From IMG/VR virus record IMGVR_UViG_3300024346_000006: a stretch of DNA of 64,000 bases; one strand, 5' to 3'. Below the pieces are notes generated by a model that searched no databases, was not told the DNA's origin, and saw only the letters and a program-made list of their open reading frames with translations. The stretch comes from a virus. Its lineage: Duplodnaviria; Caudoviricetes. This document shows, in pieces, positions 59,801 to 64,000 of this stretch (positions within the stretch are counted from its first letter, which is position 1; the number at the start of each line of letters is the position of its first letter). Both the position numbers and the translations under genes were made by a program.

Positions 59801-62800
59801 CGTCAGCTGAAGTACTTGTCAAAACGGATTCAAATTCTAAGTTTGTTGCAGGAGTTGGACTAATAAAACCAGTAAAACTACCTGTGTTTGCGGTACATTC
59901 AATACTATTTGTACTGGAGTTATAAATCCATGCAGACAAATCGCTGGGGGTTGCTTGATATGATGATCCACCAGAATGTGAAAATCTATACCAATCATCA
60001 AATGCTGCTTCTACTGCTGCAGGATCTCCTTCCAAATTAATATTAGACTCATAACTGGCAACATATCTCTCTCCTTTAGTCATTCTGAATGCCCCAAAGA
60101 AACCAAGGGTATAATCATTCATAATTACTAAAGAATTTCCATCTACAATCTGTCTTGCACCAATGTAGAAATTTGAATTTGTACTATAATTTAACATATT
60201 GACGCCAGGGATAGTGTTTTCTAATATGCCGTTCAAATAGATAGAAGTTCCGTCATTAGAAAAATGAACTGCAATATGGTTCCATTCTCCAAATGGTACT
60301 GACCTTGTGCCAAGTGTATTGCCAGAAGAATCTATTAAATCAATTGTACCATCATATTTTTGCCAAAGAGTCAGATGCTGAGTGCCACCATCTTCACTAT
60401 TGATTGCAAAGATAACACCGCCCGGCGAATCTATATTTGTAATAGAGATAGATTTTCTGAAATACCAAAAGTCTATTGTCAGTTCTTTATTGGTTAACTC
60501 AGTATCAAATTTTAGATCGATGTTATCACTTCTTAACCATCCATAGTCTGTGTATAGTGCGTGATCTCCAACTTTCGAAAGACCTGCCTTAAATCCTTCT
60601 TTTAAGTATTGATGCGCTAACTTATAACCTTTAATTTTAAAATTTTGTCCTTCAAGATAATTAGTGCCTGGTTGATGTGGTGTAACAGTATACACACCAT
60701 TGTTGATACTGACATCAAAGGTTGCACCATAACCATTAGACATAACACTGACTAAATTTTCATTCTTGTTTAGATTTTCTGGCGATGAGTTAATCGCCGT
60801 TCCAGTAATATTTCCAATCTGCAATATACCACCATTATCATCAATCTTAATTACATCAAAAACTAAATCATTAATTCCATCAACACCACCCAACTCACTA
60901 CCAAGTATTGTAATTGAATCACCAACAGAATAATTAATTCCATTAAATCTTGATGCAGGGTGTGCCACATAATATGTTGTTCCATCTCTTCTAATGAAAT
61001 TAAATATTGCACCAGTTCCAGAAGTTCCCCCATTTTGATTGGAAGCGGTATACTGTGGTGCATAGTAATACGAGTATCCATTTGGCATTGGAGTCGTTGG
61101 ATTTAAAACTTGAAATGTTGCTATATGTCCACTTATTAGATTTGCAAAAACTTCAAAATCTTCAATTCGGCCTTCATCGTTAACTTCTGTCACAGTAATT
61201 GTTATATCATTATCTCCATCAGTACCGCCCACAACAGAACCTAAAATTGTAAACCGATCTCCAACAATATAATTTGTAGTTGGTGATAAATTTCCTTGTG
61301 CATCTGCATCACTCAAAAGAACAGAAAGGTTTTGAGGATAACTAGGTTCGTCTGTATCGACATCCCACACAGCACCCGAACCAATCCTAGAGGTTGTAGT
61401 ATATGAGGATGAGTCTATGTTTAAGTAGGCTGCACCACCCGCAACCGTTAATACTTTTATAAAGATATCATGAACGCCGGACACACCATTATAAAATTGT
61501 TCGCCGTTAATTTTAATAAAATCGCCAGGAACATAATGTTTAGAAGTTTCTTGACTTCCTAAAGTGACAGAAGTTATTACATTATCAAGATATGCAACAT
61601 CAAATAATGCGCCCACACCCTTACCTTGATGATAGGTTGCAGTTTGGTTTCTTACATCTGCAACTTGTGGGAAAACATTAGTTGGACTTGCTAAGTTGTT
61701 TGTAATTGCAACTCCAGTAATGCCACCAAATTCATTTACAGATGTAACTTGAAACTCTAAGTCGGTTCTTAATCTATATTCCGTAGGGTCACCTTCATTT
61801 AAATTTGCAATTATAAATGGTGGTTCTTCAACTGGAGTTAGAGTACTTCTATAAGTCGAAGATATCTCTCCAGTTTTATAATCTTTTACAGCAGTAAAAA
61901 ATGTTTGCACCTGATGTGTAATTTTTCTATTATAAATGTCTTCATAATCGTATAGATAAAAAACATCATCGTAGAGATAATCTACATTCTCAATCGCAAC
62001 AGATGGATTTTGAGCTCTGGGTCCAAAATCATAACCAGACAATCCAATATCAAATGACATGACTGGATATTCCAAACTTTCTGGGTTTTGAAAAAATGAA
62101 ACACTAAAATTATTTTTTACGGATTGAATAGAACTAATTTGCCCAATAGCATATGAACCCAATGTATTACCATTTTGAAACTCAATTGTTTCTCCAGTAA
62201 TATACTGGTCTCCATTATTGACAATTTTTATGTTTTCAACTGGGCCAAAAGAGGTATGTGCGATTTTTGCAGCAAAACCATAACCACTTCCATTTGAAGA
62301 TAAATTATTTTGTAGTGTCAATTTTCTCGGCATATCTTCGCCAGGATTTTCTATTTCAAATCCTACAACACATTCATACAGTGTTTCTTCGAAAATAGAA
62401 GAATCTGATTGTTTTATTCTTACGGATTCTTTACTAGAAAACTCACCATCGATTGAACTAATTACATATTCACGAACTTTATAGTCGCCTAAAGTATAAT
62501 CATTAAAGTATTCGATATTTGCAGAGGCCCCACTGGTTAAACCTTCAATAAACAGTGGTTGATTAATCTTAATTGTGCCCTCGTATGGAGTGGTTCTAAG
62601 ACTCGTTAATGTTTGCCAAGTATTTGAACTTGGTTTTAACAAGTTTTCTTTTGGATAATATATTTCTATATCTTCATTAAACAACGCCCTAAACAAAAAC
62701 TTATAAGAACTTTCACTACCTTTTTGTTTATAAAACTTATTAATTAACTTTAAAAAGTTTCTTTCGTTAGTATATCTGGTTTTTTCTTTTCCACCCTCTT

Positions 62801-63539
62801 CGACTAATTTTAATATTGCAGCTTCAGTATCTGCGTCTGCAACAGGACTTATAAAAGTTCTCAAATAAAATCTGATTTTTATAATATCACGATTATCGTG
62901 AACAATCGGGTGGTTATTTTCGTCTTGGAAAAAAATAGAATTTTCTAAAAGTCTATAATCAACTCCCTCAATTAACTCAACCCAATCACCAGTACTTTCA
63001 GATGGGTCATCATTGGGGGGTGTTAAATTCTCTACGACTTCATTTAAAGATTCACCAACTCTTCCAGTAAAATTGACATCATTTATAAAGACTCGTATCT
63101 TAGTAACTTTTGTATCTACATCTTGATCTGAAAAATAATAAAACGGATTAAAATAATCCATTACATATTTTGCAGAAAGGCCATCAGTAAAAAATTCTTG
63201 GTCAGCAGTAGTATCTATAGATGTTTCTGCAGCATCGCCATTGTTTGCTTCCTGCAAAATTTCAGTTGCGATTTGAGTATTTGATTTAATCTTAGTAATT
63301 GTCGGCCATGCACCAGCAAGTTCAGACCTAAACTCTTGAACAAAGATATCAAAAGTTTCATCCAAATCTGTTAGAGAAGTAAGCTTTCCAGTGACATTAC
63401 TAACGTTGTCATCTAACGCCAACCATTCATAATACAATTCTAAAAAACGAACAAAGTTATCATACTCACTACTGTTCAAATAAGTAGGAAGTTGTTCTCT
63501 TATCCTAGATGCAATATTTTGTAAATTAGTTCTATCCAT
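56874..63539 (-). CDS. gp7: Baseplate wedge initiator gp7, enlarged by inserted domains
   Basis: 2221 aa. IREQLP.YL....DNFV.FLELYYEWL; FYKQKGSESSYKFLF..LF.E.IEIYYP; GFVSD..RIHDG..WQDYSYVIK....IDEWR..VKKIIHPAGLMMFGE. Lies between gp6 and gp8. Confidence 0.85.
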   Translation of the reverse strand: MDRTNLQNIASRIREQLPTYLNSSEYDNFVRFLELYYEWLALDDNVSNVTGKLTSLTDLDETFDIFVQEFRSELAGAWPTITKIKSNTQIATEILQEANNGDAAETSIDTTADQEFFTDGLSAKYVMDYFNPFYYFSDQDVDTKVTKIRVFINDVNFTGRVGESLNEVVENLTPPNDDPSESTGDWVELIEGVDYRLLENSIFFQDENNHPIVHDNRDIIKIRFYLRTFISPVADADTEAAILKLVEEGGKEKTRYTNERNFLKLINKFYKQKGSESSYKFLFRALFNEDIEIYYPKENLLKPSSNTWQTLTSLRTTPYEGTIKINQPLFIEGLTSGASANIEYFNDYTLGDYKVREYVISSIDGEFSSKESVRIKQSDSSIFEETLYECVVGFEIENPGEDMPRKLTLQNNLSSNGSGYGFAAKIAHTSFGPVENIKIVNNGDQYITGETIEFQNGNTLGSYAIGQISSIQSVKNNFSVSFFQNPESLEYPVMSFDIGLSGYDFGPRAQNPSVAIENVDYLYDDVFYLYDYEDIYNRKITHQVQTFFTAVKDYKTGEISSTYRSTLTPVEEPPFIIANLNEGDPTEYRLRTDLEFQVTSVNEFGGITGVAITNNLASPTNVFPQVADVRNQTATYHQGKGVGALFDVAYLDNVITSVTLGSQETSKHYVPGDFIKINGEQFYNGVSGVHDIFIKVLTVAGGAAYLNIDSSSYTTTSRIGSGAVWDVDTDEPSYPQNLSVLLSDADAQGNLSPTTNYIVGDRFTILGSVVGGTDGDNDITITVTEVNDEGRIEDFEVFANLISGHIATFQVLNPTTPMPNGYSYYYAPQYTASNQNGGTSGTGAIFNFIRRDGTTYYVAHPASRFNGINYSVGDSITILGSELGGVDGINDLVFDVIKIDDNGGILQIGNITGTAINSSPENLNKNENLVSVMSNGYGATFDVSINNGVYTVTPHQPGTNYLEGQNFKIKGYKLAHQYLKEGFKAGLSKVGDHALYTDYGWLRSDNIDLKFDTELTNKELTIDFWYFRKSISITNIDSPGGVIFAINSEDGGTQHLTLWQKYDGTIDLIDSSGNTLGTRSVPFGEWNHIAVHFSNDGTSIYLNGILENTIPGVNMLNYSTNSNFYIGARQIVDGNSLVIMNDYTLGFFGAFRMTKGERYVASYESNINLEGDPAAVEAAFDDWYRFSHSGGSSYQATPSDLSAWIYNSSTNSIECTANTGSFTGFISPTPATNLEFESVLTSTSADDDTLALVIGFVTNGLQPTDAGYKEYTLSAVRNMGGTSPSIGWGLVYNYLQSDQVVLSSSNVPFISGGWSANGATKVKVIKNGANIYATTSQNGSTSLDSSTTLYVDLSTNPDLNKFEGAIQWGFGAHSQDAANFSLLDASGSSTGVTIEDKGTQNPVSGNGISPAHVNPIPFKQNIRQSSRYVERVNAVGGETVVELFYDADSAVGIFKVTDSIITPENIPDSFPTNPIDQLIWEWADNYYIWIDGLWKNYVELDPSEYDATTGTAITFTDPLVAGETVMIRYYGALADKLEYVIFNSESLVEPNKIRLRRWVDNPQTLDDTMAQYQLPDAHTLTVEWEEIPKSGIETTRLITGGEGYIRYPYGNVSRETLSYTSTGQSGVLRGLGKDIGKINRLEIYSNPFREDFDGFGVGYDTPPEIDLSSYGNGQASIKLLTGPLCVRDGVYVNQQGFVSDDNRIHDGYLWQDYSYVIKVNRYIDEWRRIVKKIIHPAGLMMFGEFTTLTKTSVRKGLGVAYRELMYEIIKNVNLRMRNMDGSGRWTYATAEQTDINDLNSHGYYFVYDNRQLSIDSEIDGLYQGVGTGEISDDTVGAATVDSGSGRYALLDENGNNALRWSDVKKIAINYKDAYGKDYGHYWSSKILGNTFTIYDTSDESMTNDEWINVRPWAKYVVESVELDPDYLDRIAVFDVKIIHSYRELPSTAPQNRVEFRWDNIWRGNVNRQPNYWVGAIADGANPRDEKMVINITGKYMFYKNYTGDLPTLHTTYRSLERFKFYFTSRFPWERLRPLLFSPQREMDNSPYLIKRPIVNGNGLTHIPAKAEGLGIWYHLPVDVTDNDWIANTDGTDHNWRNTIIEDIVKLADNKYRAVLDSFINITPVFLVMSEEEPDVPTRKRLGPTNLTIERIKFNDRLQSGLDYNVDRIDYDENLLDLNTFIKYQAEHIHDKSNVAPESSIVLYNTNPTTIEELNEQIVLKD

Positions 63540-63558
63540 TTAATTTAACTTCTGCTTG

Positions 63559-64000
63559 TTATGTTGTAGTATCAGATATTATATTTGTAATACTTGCCTG
63601 CGATGTATTATATGTTGTTCTAAGTGATCTAGTAACAACCACTCTTTGTGAAGAGATATCATAGTTTTCATTAAATTCATCTGTATCAGGCATCATTACA
63701 ATATCAAGTTCGTCATAATCAATAAAGATAATTTGATTACGAACAGGAAATATATCATTAGATTCTGGTTCTGCAACCAAACCTAAAACAGTTGAACCAA
63801 TGATACCTGTAATCTGAATATCATTTAAAACAACTTTACCAGTTCCATAGTTGATAGTTCCACCCAAAACATTATTATATTTTCTAGCAAATAAAGGAGT
63901 TAATGTGTATATTCTCAATCCACCCAATCCATCATCTTCAATATAATGAGGGGCACTTGATCCAGCAATAGTAAATGCGTTAGAATACAAACTTTTAGGG
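63559..64000 (-). CDS. gp6: Baseplate wedge subunit gp6, C-terminal part (start lies outside the window)
   Basis: The frame stays open to position 64000 (..PKSLYSNAF). YIEDDG.G.LRIY......GTINYGTGKV.L....P.SNDI.PVRNQII matches the gp6 C-terminus of cyanophage-like myoviruses; directly upstream of gp7. Confidence 0.85.
   Translation of the reverse strand, partial: PKSLYSNAFTIAGSSAPHYIEDDGLGGLRIYTLTPLFARKYNNVLGGTINYGTGKVVLNDIQITGIIGSTVLGLVAEPESNDIFPVRNQIIFIDYDELDIVMMPDTDEFNENYDISSQRVVVTRSLRTTYNTSQASITNIISDTTT

Noticed and set aside
659-61081. Other short + strand and overlapping minus-frame ORFs in the supplied track
   Set aside because: They are fully nested in long, motif-bearing minus-strand genes, show no recognisable motifs, and all late promoter motifs point to the minus strand.
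41029-63539. Inteins, introns or homing endonucleases in the large structural genes
   Set aside because: No Hint-domain, LAGLIDADG, HNH or GIY-YIG motifs were noticed, and the ORFs are uninterrupted.
1-64000. Stop-codon reassignment as in some jumbo phages
   Set aside because: Very long ORFs are intact under the standard code, and TAG (41029) and TGA (19039) occur at sensible gene ends next to promoters or the next gene.

Overview
This 64 kb window is a densely coded, almost entirely minus-strand virion morphogenesis region of a large T4-like myovirus, most similar in organisation to marine cyanophage/pelagiphage-type or jumbo phages. In transcription order (right to left) it holds the gp6 C-terminus (truncated), gp7, gp8, a VrlC/DUF4815 structural protein, a small coiled-coil protein, a fibritin/whisker-like protein and a 1895-aa glycine-rich fibre. 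Next come three tandem paralogues (682, 1403 and 1564 aa) of an unassigned family, with a fourth (1298 aa) further left. Between them lie a 1719-aa extremely acidic repeat protein, a 1771-aa protein, PAAR gp5.4 and a 310-aa fibre-like protein. The left end holds a 2931-aa fibre with about 44 EGxNLYYTDAR repeats, a protein with a cupredoxin-like domain, several hypotheticals, a 25-codon mini-ORF and a truncated fibre gene. T4-type late promoters (TATAAATA) precede many genes, and there is one clear intrinsic terminator. No tRNA, rRNA, CRISPR array or mobile element was seen. The most interesting signal is the four-paralogue family with a conserved split scaffold and separate late promoters, a candidate polymeric appendage system. 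All assignments come from motif recognition by eye, not from database searches.
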